Positions 27,640 to 37,910 of a DNA stretch of 54,716 bases are shown piece by piece. The notes beneath the pieces are model-generated. The model searched no databases. It saw nothing but the letters and a program-made list of their open reading frames with translations, and was not told the origin of the DNA. The stretch lies in NCBI GenBank assembly GCA_003485765.1, contig DNHS01000035.1:11560-66275 (forward strand). Reading direction: 5' to 3'. The position numbers and the translations under genes were made by a program. Source of the DNA: Candidatus Omnitrophota bacterium (GTDB taxonomy: Bacteria > Omnitrophota > Gorgyraeia > Gorgyraeales > Gorgyraeaceae). The number at the start of each line of letters is the position of its first letter. The stretch's first letter is position 1.

Positions 27640-28481
27640 TGAATATAACTTCAATTAAAACACAGAGAAGCTTCGTAAGTTTGATTATTTATACATTTCT
27701 TACTCTTGGGGCTTTGACTATGATTATGCCTTATATCTGGATGCTCGTGACTTCAATTAAACCTATAGGAGAGATTCAGACATATCCGCCGTCCTTTTTG
27801 GTGCGCCATCCTACGCTTAAGCCTTATTTGGAATTGTTCCATCTTTTGCCAATGGGGCGCTACTTATTTAATAGTCTTTTTATAGCATCTATTGTAGCGG
27901 CTTGTAACGCATTTTTTTGTTCTTTAGCCGGTTATGCATTCGCTAAGCATATTTTCCCAGGAAGGGATAAGATATTTCTACTGTTATTAAGCGCTATAAT
28001 GATCCCTTATCAGGTAAACCTTATCCCATGTTATATTATTGTAAAGAACCTGGGCTGGCTTAATAGTTTTTATGCGCTTATTATACCTAATTTAGCTATG
28101 GCCTTTGGCGTATTCTTGTGCAGGCAATATATTATGAGTATCCCTAATGACCTTATTGATGCTGCCAAGATTGACGGGTGCAGCGAGTTTATGATTTATC
28201 GTATAATAATTTTTCCGTTGATTAAACCGGCCTTGGCAACATTGACTATATTTACATTCTTGTCCCAATGGAATTCTTTTGTGTGGCCGCTTATTGTAAT
28301 TCATAATAACTCTATGCGCACGGTTCCTCTGGCTTTATCGGTTTTAAACAGCCAGTTTGGGTCGAATTTTGCAATGGTTATAGTAGCTGCAACCGTAGCT
28401 ACTATGCCGGTTTTGATAGTATTTTTATTCCTTCAGAAATACATTATCCAGGGCATAACCATGACGGGGTTGAAAGGATAA
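27639..28481 (+). CDS. Carbohydrate ABC transporter permease
   Basis: LIDAAKIDGCS, WNSFVWPL, QKYIIQG. Confidence 0.94.
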   Translation: MNITSIKTQRSFVSLIIYTFLTLGALTMIMPYIWMLVTSIKPIGEIQTYPPSFLVRHPTLKPYLELFHLLPMGRYLFNSLFIASIVAACNAFFCSLAGYAFAKHIFPGRDKIFLLLLSAIMIPYQVNLIPCYIIVKNLGWLNSFYALIIPNLAMAFGVFLCRQYIMSIPNDLIDAAKIDGCSEFMIYRIIIFPLIKPALATLTIFTFLSQWNSFVWPLIVIHNNSMRTVPLALSVLNSQFGSNFAMVIVAATVATMPVLIVFLFLQKYIIQGITMTGLKG

Positions 28482-28484
28482 AAA

Positions 28485-30086
28485 ATGAAGTTTCTTATTT
28501 TAAGTTTACTATTCGCGTTTTCTTCTATAAATATGGCTTCTTGCAGCCAGGGAAACGATACTACGCTTTGTCCGGTAGAAGATAAGAGTTCTAGCGAGGT
28601 TTATCTTGCAGTTGATTCAGCTGATGTCTCTTCCTTTGACGCTACCCCTGACTGGGCGCCGCCGCAAGAGCCAAAGGCGCTGGTAGATGGAAATTTTTTG
28701 ACCAGGTGGGCATCTGACTATAAAGATGATCAATGGGTAATTTTAGATTTTGGCAAATCAAAAGTTATCACAAAGATTGCAATATACTGGGAAGCAGCTT
28801 ATGCTATTGATTATGATATTTTGATATCCAAAGATAAAGAGAACTGGGAAAACTTATTGTCTTTAAAAGACAGTGACGGCGGCATTGATAAATTAGAATT
28901 TTCGCCTGTGGAAACAAGATATGTCAAAATAATAGGACGAAAGAGAGTTAATTCTACCTGGGGAATCTCTGTGTGGGAAGTTTTATGTTTTGGCCCAGAA
29001 AACAAAAATCCTGAAGACAAGCCCTTGATTTTTGTTTATCCTAAATTAGCGGATAAGCTGGAGCTGAAAGATACGCAGGGAGCTGTGCCGCAGGCTGAAA
29101 AACCACAGGCTGAAAAACCGCTAGCCTCGCCCGGGGCTTTGTTATTGAGCGAGCTGCAAAAAGGAGTGGTTTATACGTCATGGGGCAAGACTGAATTGGG
29201 CACAGAGGCGTCGGATCAAACCCTGGAATATCTCAAGGAATCAGGGGTGCGCTATGTGTCAATTATGATAATTTGGTCGCAGGCAAGTATTAATGAAAAA
29301 ACAGTGTCTCCCGACGACAAAGATACACCTGACGATATGGCGTTAGTCCATGCCATAAATAAAGCGCATAGTTTAGGAATGAAGGTCATGCTTAAGCCTC
29401 ATGTAGAAGTGAAGAGCGGTGAGTGGCGAGGGGAGATTGTTCCTTCAGAGGAGTGGTTTGCCAGTTACAGTAATTACATAATTCGTTACGCGGCCATGGC
29501 AGAGCAATATCATGTAGAAGCCTTTTCGATAGGAACAGAGTTAGCAAATACAACTTATTCAGAGTGGCAGAGCTACTGGGAGTCTATTATTAAAGAAGTG
29601 AGAAAAAATTACTCTGGCCGCCTTGTTTATGGCGCGAATTGGAATGAATATAAAACTGTTGGTTTTTGGGATAAGTTAGATTTTATAGGCATGAGCGCGT
29701 ATTTTCCGCTGACAATAAAGAAGGATCCTACAAAGGAAGAATTGGCTGCCGGATGGAAGGATCATTGCGAGGATATAGGAAAATGGCTTAGTAGCCAAGG
29801 GTTGGATAAACCAGTGATATTTACTGAGGTTGGTTATTGTAGCGCTGATGGGACAAACACCAAACCATGGTCATTTGCTAATGTATCTGAAGAATCAGTT
29901 GATCAGGGAGAACAGGCAGACAGCTTAGAGGCAATGCTTATAGTCTGCTTTCAATACCCATGGTTTAAGGGATTTTATTTGTGGAACTATTTTCCTCAGG
30001 AGAGATGGTCTCCTTTGGGATATACAATTCGCGGCAAATTGGCCGAGGATGTTTTTAAGAAGTGGTTAAAAAACATTGGCAGATAA
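28485..30086 (+). CDS. Exported F5/8C (CBM32) plus GH113 glycoside hydrolase
   Basis: VDGNFLTRWAS, WEAAYA; GH113 VMLKPHV, WRG, IGTEL, YGANW, FTEVGY. Confidence 0.85.
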   Translation: MKFLILSLLFAFSSINMASCSQGNDTTLCPVEDKSSSEVYLAVDSADVSSFDATPDWAPPQEPKALVDGNFLTRWASDYKDDQWVILDFGKSKVITKIAIYWEAAYAIDYDILISKDKENWENLLSLKDSDGGIDKLEFSPVETRYVKIIGRKRVNSTWGISVWEVLCFGPENKNPEDKPLIFVYPKLADKLELKDTQGAVPQAEKPQAEKPLASPGALLLSELQKGVVYTSWGKTELGTEASDQTLEYLKESGVRYVSIMIIWSQASINEKTVSPDDKDTPDDMALVHAINKAHSLGMKVMLKPHVEVKSGEWRGEIVPSEEWFASYSNYIIRYAAMAEQYHVEAFSIGTELANTTYSEWQSYWESIIKEVRKNYSGRLVYGANWNEYKTVGFWDKLDFIGMSAYFPLTIKKDPTKEELAAGWKDHCEDIGKWLSSQGLDKPVIFTEVGYCSADGTNTKPWSFANVSEESVDQGEQADSLEAMLIVCFQYPWFKGFYLWNYFPQERWSPLGYTIRGKLAEDVFKKWLKNIGR

Positions 30087-30121
30087 TTCAGTGTGCCAAT
30101 AAATATCAGGAGGCGGCGAAA

Positions 30122-30715
30122 ATGAAGATAGGAATTTGTTTGTTGTTAGTAGTAAGTAGTTTATTTCTGGTCGCAAATATAGGCTTTTGCAATGAGGAGG
30201 TCATCTTTGGTTTTGAAAAAGATACTTCTGGCTGGGAGATTCCTGATTGGTGTTTTGAGGATAATAGTTATAAAGGAGTCAACGTCTCTGTTTCAAAAAC
30301 ATTTGCCAAAGAAGGCGTTTCTGCATTAACATTGATGTGCGATTTTCCAGGCGGCGCAAAATGGGCGGCAGCTTATGTCGAGGTCCAGAAATATTTTGAC
30401 TGGACAGCCTATAAGGCTGTATCCATTGATGTGTTTTTGCCAAGCGAAGCGCCTGTTGGTTTAAAGGCAAAGATGATCTTGACTATCGGTGAAGATTGGG
30501 CGTGGACAGAAATGGCTAATTCGACCAGCCTGGTTCCTGGAAAGTGGACTACGGTTACAGCGGCCATTGTCCCCGGCAGTATTGATTGGAGAGCCGCAAA
30601 GATTCTTGATAAATTCCGAGTTGATGTAAGAAAATTAGGAATAAGGATTGAGTCAAATAAAGCTGCCTATAGCGGGCCAGTCTATATAGATAATGCGCGA
30701 TTAGAAGTTAAATAA
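30122..30715 (+). CDS. Secreted stand-alone carbohydrate-binding module (CBM27-like beta-sandwich)
   Basis: Signal peptide; Trp-rich; FGFE...WEIPDW, PGKWTTV, VYIDNARL. Confidence 0.65.
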   Translation: MKIGICLLLVVSSLFLVANIGFCNEEVIFGFEKDTSGWEIPDWCFEDNSYKGVNVSVSKTFAKEGVSALTLMCDFPGGAKWAAAYVEVQKYFDWTAYKAVSIDVFLPSEAPVGLKAKMILTIGEDWAWTEMANSTSLVPGKWTTVTAAIVPGSIDWRAAKILDKFRVDVRKLGIRIESNKAAYSGPVYIDNARLEVK

Positions 30716-31528
30716 AAATACAGGTTATGGGAGGCGGAGAGAGTTTATGGCTAAAAAGAGTCTTTTTTACATTTTTATCGGCGCAATAATTGTTGTGGTT
30801 TTAGGTTTTATAGCCGGGATTATTATCCATAATAAGCCTGTTGGACTTAACAATGAGCCTATTGAACCCGGCGTAGTTTCAATCCCGAAAACAGGCCTTT
30901 ATAGCGAAGAGGCCATCTTTGGTTTTGAAAAAGACGCTTCCGGCTGGGAGATACCTGATTGGTGTTTTAAGGATGATAGTTATAAAGGAGTCAATGTCTC
31001 TGTTTCAGAAACATTTGCCAAAGAAGGCGTTTCTTCCTTGGCATTGATGTGCGATTTTCCAGGTGAAAAATGGGCAACAGCTTATGTTGAAGTCCAGAAA
31101 TATTTTGACTGGACAGCCTATAAAGCTGTATCTATTGATGTGTTTTTACCAAGCGAAGCGCCTGTTGGTTTAAAGGCAAAGATGATCTTGACTGTGGGGA
31201 AAGATTGGACATGGACGGAAATGACTAATTCGATCAGTCTTGTTCCTGGGAAGTGGACTACGATTACAGCAAGCATTGTCCCTGGCAGTATTGACTGGAG
31301 AGGCGCAAAAGTCCTTGATGAATTTCGAGCTGATGTAAAAAAGCTGGGAGTAAGGATTGAGTCGAACAAAGCTGCTTATAGCTCGCCGGTTTATATAGAT
31401 AACGTACGCTTAGAAGTTAAATAAAAATACAAATTATGGGAGGAGCAGAGAGAGCTTATGTCTAAGAGGAATTTTTTTTACATTTTTATCGGCGCAATAA
31501 TTGTTGTGATTTTGGGTTTTATAGCCGG
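30194..31528 (+). repeat. Tandem duplication, units ~30194-30817 and ~30906-31528
   Basis: High nucleotide similarity at offset 709-712 bp spanning CBM, intergenic RBS and the start of the next gene. Confidence 0.9.
30747..31424 (+). CDS. Membrane-anchored CBM paralog (chimeric duplicate)
   Basis: CBM nearly identical to previous gene; N-terminal TM matches the start of the 31458 gene. Confidence 0.7.
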   Translation: MAKKSLFYIFIGAIIVVVLGFIAGIIIHNKPVGLNNEPIEPGVVSIPKTGLYSEEAIFGFEKDASGWEIPDWCFKDDSYKGVNVSVSETFAKEGVSSLALMCDFPGEKWATAYVEVQKYFDWTAYKAVSIDVFLPSEAPVGLKAKMILTVGKDWTWTEMTNSISLVPGKWTTITASIVPGSIDWRGAKVLDEFRADVKKLGVRIESNKAAYSSPVYIDNVRLEVK

Positions 31529-32534
31529 TAATAAGTTTTTTAAAACCAGTACAGCTTTATCTAGATTTGAATTTCAAAAGGGAATGACTTATGCTGCCTG
31601 GACAAAACACGGTTATGGCAATGTCAGTTCAATAAAATCTATGGGGGAGTTGGTTTCTCTGGGGGTGAAATGGACTGCCTTAGTTACTACGTGGTATCAG
31701 GATAAAGCTGATTCTACAGAAATTCATCCTTTAAATGAAAAGACCCCGTCGGATAAAGACCTGATATTTTCTATTCAGAAACTGCATGAATCCGGCATTA
31801 AGGTTATGCTTAAGCCTCATCTTGACATTATTGTTGCTTCCGATGGCAAATGGAGGGCCGACATTGAATTTGCCGGACTTGATGACTGGAAGAAGTGGTT
31901 TGAGAGCTATGGCGAATTTATTCTCCATTATGCGCGTTTAGCGCAAGAAGAGAAAGTCGAATTATTTTGCATTGGGACAGAACTTAGCAGTACTACTCTT
32001 AACCAACCTGACCTATGGAGAGATTTAATAAATAAGGTAAGGAGAGTATATAAAGGGCGCCTGACATACGCTGCGAATTGGTACGAAGAGTTTGAAGGAA
32101 TTAGGTTTTGGAATGATTTAGATTATGCGGGAATTGATGCGTATTTTCCTTTATCTACTTCTCCCGCTCCAACCAAGAGCGAATTAAAAGACGCTTGGAA
32201 AAGCTGGCTAGAGAACATACGTTATTGGCAGGAGCTTATAAAGAAACCAGTTATTTTTACTGAAGTTGGATATAAGAGTTCTCAAGGCGCAGCCGGGGAG
32301 CCATGGCAGCACGATCCAGCCGGAAGCGTAGATTTGCAGTTACAGGCTGATTGTTACGAGGCGCTGTTGGAGACCTTTTGGGATGAACCGTGGTTCTACG
32401 GAGTATACTGGTGGTATTGGGGGGATAATCCAAACATGGGCGGAGAAACTCACCGCGGTTTTATACCTCAGAATAAGCCGGCGGAAGAAGTGGTTGGAAA
32501 ATGGTATAATAAGTCAGTTCCACAAAAGAACTAG
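31458..32534 (+). CDS. Membrane-anchored GH113 glycoside hydrolase (beta-mannanase-like)
   Basis: VMLKPHL, IGTEL, YAANW, GIDAYFPL, FTEVGY. Confidence 0.88.
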   Translation: MSKRNFFYIFIGAIIVVILGFIAGNKFFKTSTALSRFEFQKGMTYAAWTKHGYGNVSSIKSMGELVSLGVKWTALVTTWYQDKADSTEIHPLNEKTPSDKDLIFSIQKLHESGIKVMLKPHLDIIVASDGKWRADIEFAGLDDWKKWFESYGEFILHYARLAQEEKVELFCIGTELSSTTLNQPDLWRDLINKVRRVYKGRLTYAANWYEEFEGIRFWNDLDYAGIDAYFPLSTSPAPTKSELKDAWKSWLENIRYWQELIKKPVIFTEVGYKSSQGAAGEPWQHDPAGSVDLQLQADCYEALLETFWDEPWFYGVYWWYWGDNPNMGGETHRGFIPQNKPAEEVVGKWYNKSVPQKN

Positions 32535-32547
32535 CAAGCCATAGAAT

Positions 32548-34896
32548 ATGAAATACGGATATTTTGACGAGAAAAACAAAGAATACGTAATTACGCAGCC
32601 AGATACGCCTACCCCTTGGATAAATTATCTGGGTTTAGAGGAATATTGCGCAATTGTTTCTAATACTGGCGGCGGCTATAGTTTTAATAAAGATCCTCGC
32701 GATAAACGAATCTTGCGCTATCGTTATAATAACGTGCCTGTAGACCGGCCAGGCAGGTATATTTATATTCGCGATGAAGCGACAGGCGAATTTTGGTCCT
32801 GTTCCTGGCAGCCAGTAATAAAACCTCTTAGCAAATACAAGTATGAATGCCGTCATGGATTAGGTTATACCAGGATAAGCTCCGCATATGAAAATATAGA
32901 GAGCGAGGTTACCTATTTTGTTCCAGAAAAAGGGAGCCTGGAAATTTGGACCTTGGGCCTGAAAAATTTAAGTAAATCGCCAAGAAGTTTGACTATTTTT
33001 TCTTATGTTGAATTTTGCCTATGGCAGGCAATAGCTGATTCCAATGATTTTCAGTATACTTTAAATATTGCCAATTGCTTAAACGAGAACGGCATAATCT
33101 ATCATTTAACCAATTATTATCCAAAGGCAGGGTTATCATCTCTAGCTTATTTTGGCGTGAATTGTAAAACGCAAGGATTTGATTGTGATCGCGAGAAATT
33201 CATAGGCCCTTACCGCAGTGAATCTAACCCTCTTGCAGTAGAAAGAGGAGCTTCTTTTAATTCCAGGGCCTTAGGCGGAAATCCAATCGGTTCGCATTCA
33301 TTCCGAATAGAACTTGAACCAGGTAAATGCGGCAAGGATCTAATATTTGTTCTCGGAGTTGGGCAGACTAAACAAGAAGGCAAAAAGAATATCGCTAAAT
33401 TTAGTAACCCAGAAACGGCAGGGAAGGAGCTAGACAAGATCAAAACAAACTGGCGGGCTTATCTTGATAGTTTCTGTCTTATGAGCCCGTACAAAGATTT
33501 AAACACTATGATAAATACGTGGAATGCCTACCAGTGCCGCATAACCTTTAACTGGTCGCGTTCCGCTTCTTATTATGAGTCAGGCATTGGCCGAGGTATG
33601 GGTTTTCGCGATTCAAATCAAGATTGTTTGGGTGTTTTACATTGTATTCCAGATAAGGTAAAACAGAGGATTAAAGATTTAGCCGGCAATCAATTTAAAA
33701 ATGGCAGCGCTTTTCATCAGTATTTTCCTTTAACTAAAAAAGGAGACAAAAGCGGTTATTCTGATGACCATTTATGGTTGATTCTTTCCACTACAAGCTA
33801 TATTAAGGAAACCGGCGATGTGGATTTTTTAAGCGAGAAGACGCCTTTTGCCGATGGAGATACTGATACGCTTTACAATCATCTAACTAGAGCGATTGAT
33901 TATTCCTTTAAACATATAGGCCAGCATAATCTGCCGCTGATGGGCTATGCAGATTGGAATGACTGCCTTAATAATATGGGCCCAGGCGCAGAGAGCGTTT
34001 GGGTTGGGCAATTCTTATGTTTTGCTTGTAAAGAAATGGCTAAATTAGCAGAATTTATTAATAAGAAGGGGGATGTTTTAAAATTTGAGAATTTAGCTTC
34101 AACGATGGCAGATACGATTAACCGCGCTGCTTGGGATGGTAACTGGTATATCCGCGCCTTTAACACAAAAGGCAGGCCAGTTGGTTCATCCAAATGCCGC
34201 GAAGGCAAGATTTATCTTAATTCTCAGTCGTGGGCAGTATTGGCGGGGATTGCTTCTAGAGAGAGGTTGATTAGGTGCATGGATATGGCGGCAAAAAATC
34301 TCGATACTAAATATGGGATAATGCTTCTTAGTCCGCCCTACAAGACCTTTGATCCGCATGTTGGAGCAATCGGCACATTTGCTCCTGGATTAAAAGAGAA
34401 TGGCGGTATTTTCTGCCATGCCAATCCTTGGGCTGTCATTGCAGAGGTCATGTTAGGCAGGGCAGAGAAGGCATTAGATTATTATAAAAAGATAGCCCCT
34501 ACTACGCATAACGAAATTGCGGAAGTTCATGGTACCGAGCCCTATGTCTATTCTCAGTTTATCGCTGGCAGGGACAGCTCAGAGTTTGGGCGCGCAAAAA
34601 ATTCATGGCTGACTGGTTCAGCAACATGGAATTTTATCGCTGCTACGTGGTATATTCTCGGAATTCGGCCGGATTACCAGGGATTGCGGATTTCTCCCTG
34701 TATCTCTAAAGAGTGGGATAGTTTTAAGGTAAAACGGCTGTTTCGCGGAGCAGTATACAATATCGAGGTGACTAATCCTAATAAAGTGTCTAGAGGGATA
34801 AAGTCTATTAAAGTGGATGGAAAAGAGATAAAAGGTGATATTTTGCCGGTATTTAACCGAAAGAGCGCCCATGAGGTCAAGGTTGCGTTGGGATAA
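32548..34896 (+). CDS. GH94 glycoside phosphorylase (cellobiose/chitobiose phosphorylase-like)
   Basis: TPTPWINYLG, GMGFRDSNQD, SDDHLWL, ADWNDC, KENGGIFCHANPW, SWLTGSA. Confidence 0.95.
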   Translation: MKYGYFDEKNKEYVITQPDTPTPWINYLGLEEYCAIVSNTGGGYSFNKDPRDKRILRYRYNNVPVDRPGRYIYIRDEATGEFWSCSWQPVIKPLSKYKYECRHGLGYTRISSAYENIESEVTYFVPEKGSLEIWTLGLKNLSKSPRSLTIFSYVEFCLWQAIADSNDFQYTLNIANCLNENGIIYHLTNYYPKAGLSSLAYFGVNCKTQGFDCDREKFIGPYRSESNPLAVERGASFNSRALGGNPIGSHSFRIELEPGKCGKDLIFVLGVGQTKQEGKKNIAKFSNPETAGKELDKIKTNWRAYLDSFCLMSPYKDLNTMINTWNAYQCRITFNWSRSASYYESGIGRGMGFRDSNQDCLGVLHCIPDKVKQRIKDLAGNQFKNGSAFHQYFPLTKKGDKSGYSDDHLWLILSTTSYIKETGDVDFLSEKTPFADGDTDTLYNHLTRAIDYSFKHIGQHNLPLMGYADWNDCLNNMGPGAESVWVGQFLCFACKEMAKLAEFINKKGDVLKFENLASTMADTINRAAWDGNWYIRAFNTKGRPVGSSKCREGKIYLNSQSWAVLAGIASRERLIRCMDMAAKNLDTKYGIMLLSPPYKTFDPHVGAIGTFAPGLKENGGIFCHANPWAVIAEVMLGRAEKALDYYKKIAPTTHNEIAEVHGTEPYVYSQFIAGRDSSEFGRAKNSWLTGSATWNFIAATWYILGIRPDYQGLRISPCISKEWDSFKVKRLFRGAVYNIEVTNPNKVSRGIKSIKVDGKEIKGDILPVFNRKSAHEVKVALG

Positions 34897-34925
34897 GAAA
34901 ACAGCATATAAAAGGAGGATGAAAG

Positions 34926-36041
34926 ATGTCAGGTAAGCCATTTGTTTCTATCATTAACCCGATTCGCAATGCAGGAAGGACAATAGAAAAATGCCTTCAA
35001 TCATTAATAGAGCTGGATTATCCAAGAGAGAGCCTGGAATTTATCTTTGCCGATGGAGACAGCACTGATTCTACTGTTAAGATAATCGAGGATTGGAAGA
35101 AAAGATATCCTCAGGTAGTAATAGTTTCTGTGCCTAACTGTAAGTCCCCAGGACAGGCCAGGAACGCTGCTTTAAAGATAGCTCGAGGAGATTATATTTT
35201 ATTTACAGATGGCGATTGCATTGTGCGCAAAGACTGGGTTGATAAAATATTAGAGGCATTTTCAAAGGACAAAAAGATTGGCATGGTTGGAGGAGAAATC
35301 TTTACGCACCGCACAGACAAGAACAATGATGTAGAGGCGTATTGCGAAGAAACAGGGTTTTTATCTGTCAGCGGCCGCTGCCGTATAAAGGCCGCAGGAT
35401 ATTACCCGAATATAGAAAAAGGACTGCCTCATGAAGTAAATGGCAATATTGATTCCCCATTTTTTGCTACTGCAAACTCCGCAGTAAGTAAAATTGCAGC
35501 TGACGCTGTTGGGCGCGAGTTCTGGCACGAGATAACCAATGAGGATGTCGACTTTTCTATCAGAATTAATAAGAAAGGATTTCGGCTTTTCTATCAGCCA
35601 AGCGCAATCGTCGATCATATGCACAGAGTGAGTCTAAAAGATTACTGTAATCAGTTATTTGGCTATGGCTTTGGCCACCCTTTGCCGGTAAGAGAACACA
35701 CCAAGAATGTTTTTGAAATCTGTCTGCAATATTTTGGCTATATCTATATGCCTATACCGTTTTTTATTAGAGGCGTGCTTTATATTGGGGATTTTCATTT
35801 GATGCATTTTTTTGGCGTCCTCTTTTTAGTTCAACTTGTTTTAGGCTTACCCGCTAATATATCAGGCTTACTTTTCCTATTTTTTACATTTTTGTATTTC
35901 AAGCCGGTATTTAAGCTTAATCCAAAGACTAAATTTCTGACTTGGGCTAAGATAAGGTATGTCTCTAATTGGGCATTGATGCGCGGTGGATTCAAGGGAA
36001 TGAAAACGTGGGGCGTTTTTTATATTGAGTCGAGTTGGTAA
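34926..36041 (+). CDS. GT2 glycosyltransferase with C-terminal TM segments
   Basis: DGDSTD, ARNAAL, FTDGDC (DxD), EDVDF. Confidence 0.9.
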   Translation: MSGKPFVSIINPIRNAGRTIEKCLQSLIELDYPRESLEFIFADGDSTDSTVKIIEDWKKRYPQVVIVSVPNCKSPGQARNAALKIARGDYILFTDGDCIVRKDWVDKILEAFSKDKKIGMVGGEIFTHRTDKNNDVEAYCEETGFLSVSGRCRIKAAGYYPNIEKGLPHEVNGNIDSPFFATANSAVSKIAADAVGREFWHEITNEDVDFSIRINKKGFRLFYQPSAIVDHMHRVSLKDYCNQLFGYGFGHPLPVREHTKNVFEICLQYFGYIYMPIPFFIRGVLYIGDFHLMHFFGVLFLVQLVLGLPANISGLLFLFFTFLYFKPVFKLNPKTKFLTWAKIRYVSNWALMRGGFKGMKTWGVFYIESSW

Positions 36042-36043
36042 GG

Positions 36044-37285
36044 ATGAATATGTTAAGAACTAACATAACGTTGTGTACATTAGCAGCTGTAATGTTTTTT
36101 AGTTTATTTGGCTGCGGACAGAAAGAGTCAAAAGAAAGGCCTCGGAAATTACTAATGTGGCTGATTGGCTCAGAGAGCCAGGCGAAGGTAGTCCAGAGTA
36201 TCGGCGCCGAGTTTTTTAAAGATAAAGGCGTTGCATTTAGATGCGAGGCAATTTCATGGGGAGATACACATACTAAATATTTGACCTCTATTGCTGGAGA
36301 TGTTGTGCCGGATATTGGCACAATGGGCCTTACTTGGGGAACAGAGTTTGGTAATTTAGGAGCAATGGTTGATCTATCTAAGCAATTTCCATCGGATTTA
36401 AAAAGCATTAAAGAAATGACGTTTCCAGGCCTTAGCGAATCTATTGACTATGGAGGGAAAGTTTATGGGATCCCTTTTGATATGAGCCTGCAGATTATGT
36501 TCTATAGGAATGACATTATTCCCAGGCCTCCGGCAACTTGGAAAAAAATGGTAGATTTATTAAGGACTTTAAAGACTCAAGAAAAAGGCATGATTTTTGA
36601 TTGGGGTTCAATGAGCTGGATTGGCTATGCTCCATATCTATGGCAGGCTGGCGGAGACTTTTATAATAATGAGGGCACAAAACCAGCCTTGGATTCTGAA
36701 GAGGCAGTTGAGGCATTGGAATTCTTTGCAAGCCTTTATACTGGTTTAGGAGTCCCCAAGACCAGCATTCCATTGGAACAAGGGATGCGTACTGGAGATT
36801 TTCCTCTGGCAATTTCTGGAAGCTGGAAGATTGACAGCTTGAGGGTGAGCGCCCCAGAGATAATGGGGAAGTGGTCAATTGCGTTATTACCAGCCGGGCC
36901 AACTGGCAAGCAAACAGCTTTTGTTGGCGGAAGAACAATTGGGATTTTTAATAAGTCGAAGAATATAGACATAGCCTGGGAGTTTATCAAGTTTTTATTT
37001 ACGCCAGATATTCAGGTAAGGCTGTATGAGGCAGCCCGTGAAGCGCAAGATTCTTATCTTCCTTCTAACATGTTTGCATGGGATATACTGCCAATGGAGC
37101 CAGAGTTTAAGAAGATATTGAAGCTTCAGGCGCAAGATGCCAAAGGACCGCCTTCGGTCCTTGGTTGGGATGAAAATACCCGTTTTATAGAAAATGCGAT
37201 TCAAAAAGTAATTCTGCAAGGCTTAGATGCAAAGCAGGCGCTTAGTAAAGCTGTTATGGAAATAGAGGCGTATGCTAAGAGGTAA
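36044..37285 (+). CDS. Sugar ABC transporter solute-binding lipoprotein
   Basis: Lipobox LFGC; PDI, GKVYGIP, FYRND, AWEFIKF. Confidence 0.9.
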   Translation: MNMLRTNITLCTLAAVMFFSLFGCGQKESKERPRKLLMWLIGSESQAKVVQSIGAEFFKDKGVAFRCEAISWGDTHTKYLTSIAGDVVPDIGTMGLTWGTEFGNLGAMVDLSKQFPSDLKSIKEMTFPGLSESIDYGGKVYGIPFDMSLQIMFYRNDIIPRPPATWKKMVDLLRTLKTQEKGMIFDWGSMSWIGYAPYLWQAGGDFYNNEGTKPALDSEEAVEALEFFASLYTGLGVPKTSIPLEQGMRTGDFPLAISGSWKIDSLRVSAPEIMGKWSIALLPAGPTGKQTAFVGGRTIGIFNKSKNIDIAWEFIKFLFTPDIQVRLYEAAREAQDSYLPSNMFAWDILPMEPEFKKILKLQAQDAKGPPSVLGWDENTRFIENAIQKVILQGLDAKQALSKAVMEIEAYAKR

Positions 37286-37458
37286 TTATTTTTTTAAGTG
37301 TGCCAGAGATAGGGACTGGAAGACACATCATATACCCCTATAGTCTGAAAATCCATCTTTTTCCTCAAAAGCCATCGTAAATTCAAAGGTGGAATCGTAA
37401 GCTTTTTAAACCCCCTACAATTACTGCCTCTACTTCTAACTACTTATAATAAAATCTC

Positions 37459-37552
37459 AAAATTTTTGAAAGAAACCAGACTCCAGATGTGTCTATTATA
37501 GTGCAGGGCAGTGGTTTAATAGACATTGACAATACACTAAAAATAGTGTATT
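37459..37552 (+). promoter_or_regulatory. ECF-like element copy 2, plus TA promoter with palindromic operator
   Basis: 37459-37496 matches 15631-15668; TTGACA at 37526 overlapping AATACACTA-AAAA-TAGTGTATT. Confidence 0.6.
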
Positions 37553-37569
37553 ATAGAAAGGAGGAGGAT

Positions 37570-37908
37570 ATGTATGAGGTAGAGTTCTACAGGGATCGCA
37601 GAGCCAAGTGTCAGGTTGTAGAGTTTATTAGCAGGTTGAACGTTAAAGAAAGGGCAAAGGTTGCAAAGTGGATAGAGATGCTGGAAATGCACGGTCCAGA
37701 TTTACCAAGGCCATACGCAGATATTATAAAAGGCAAGATAAGGGAGTTAAGAATAGGGTTTGGGACGAATGAATACAGGTTTTTGTACTTCTTCTGTGGC
37801 AAAAGAATAATAATAACACATGGGCTTATTAAGAAAACAGATAAAGTGGCTGTTGAAGACATTGAAATGGCAGATAGGATAATGGAAGACTTTATGGGGA
37901 GGGTTTAG
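37570..37908 (+). CDS. RelE/ParE-superfamily toxin (HigB/Gp49-like)
   Basis: ATG after GGAGGAGG; GPDLPRPY, IRELRI, YRFLYF, HGLIKKT. Confidence 0.88.
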   Translation: MYEVEFYRDRRAKCQVVEFISRLNVKERAKVAKWIEMLEMHGPDLPRPYADIIKGKIRELRIGFGTNEYRFLYFFCGKRIIITHGLIKKTDKVAVEDIEMADRIMEDFMGRV

Positions 37909-37910
37909 AT

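Noticed and set aside
30194-31528. CBM pair as DGR template/variable repeats
   Set aside because: Mismatches are not adenine-specific, both copies are coding, and no reverse transcriptase is in the window
37489-37569. N-terminal extensions in the ORF track (also 5157, 7567, 15718, 19868, 22184, 30062)
   Set aside because: Better RBS and domain starts lie downstream; the extensions cover promoters or upstream genes
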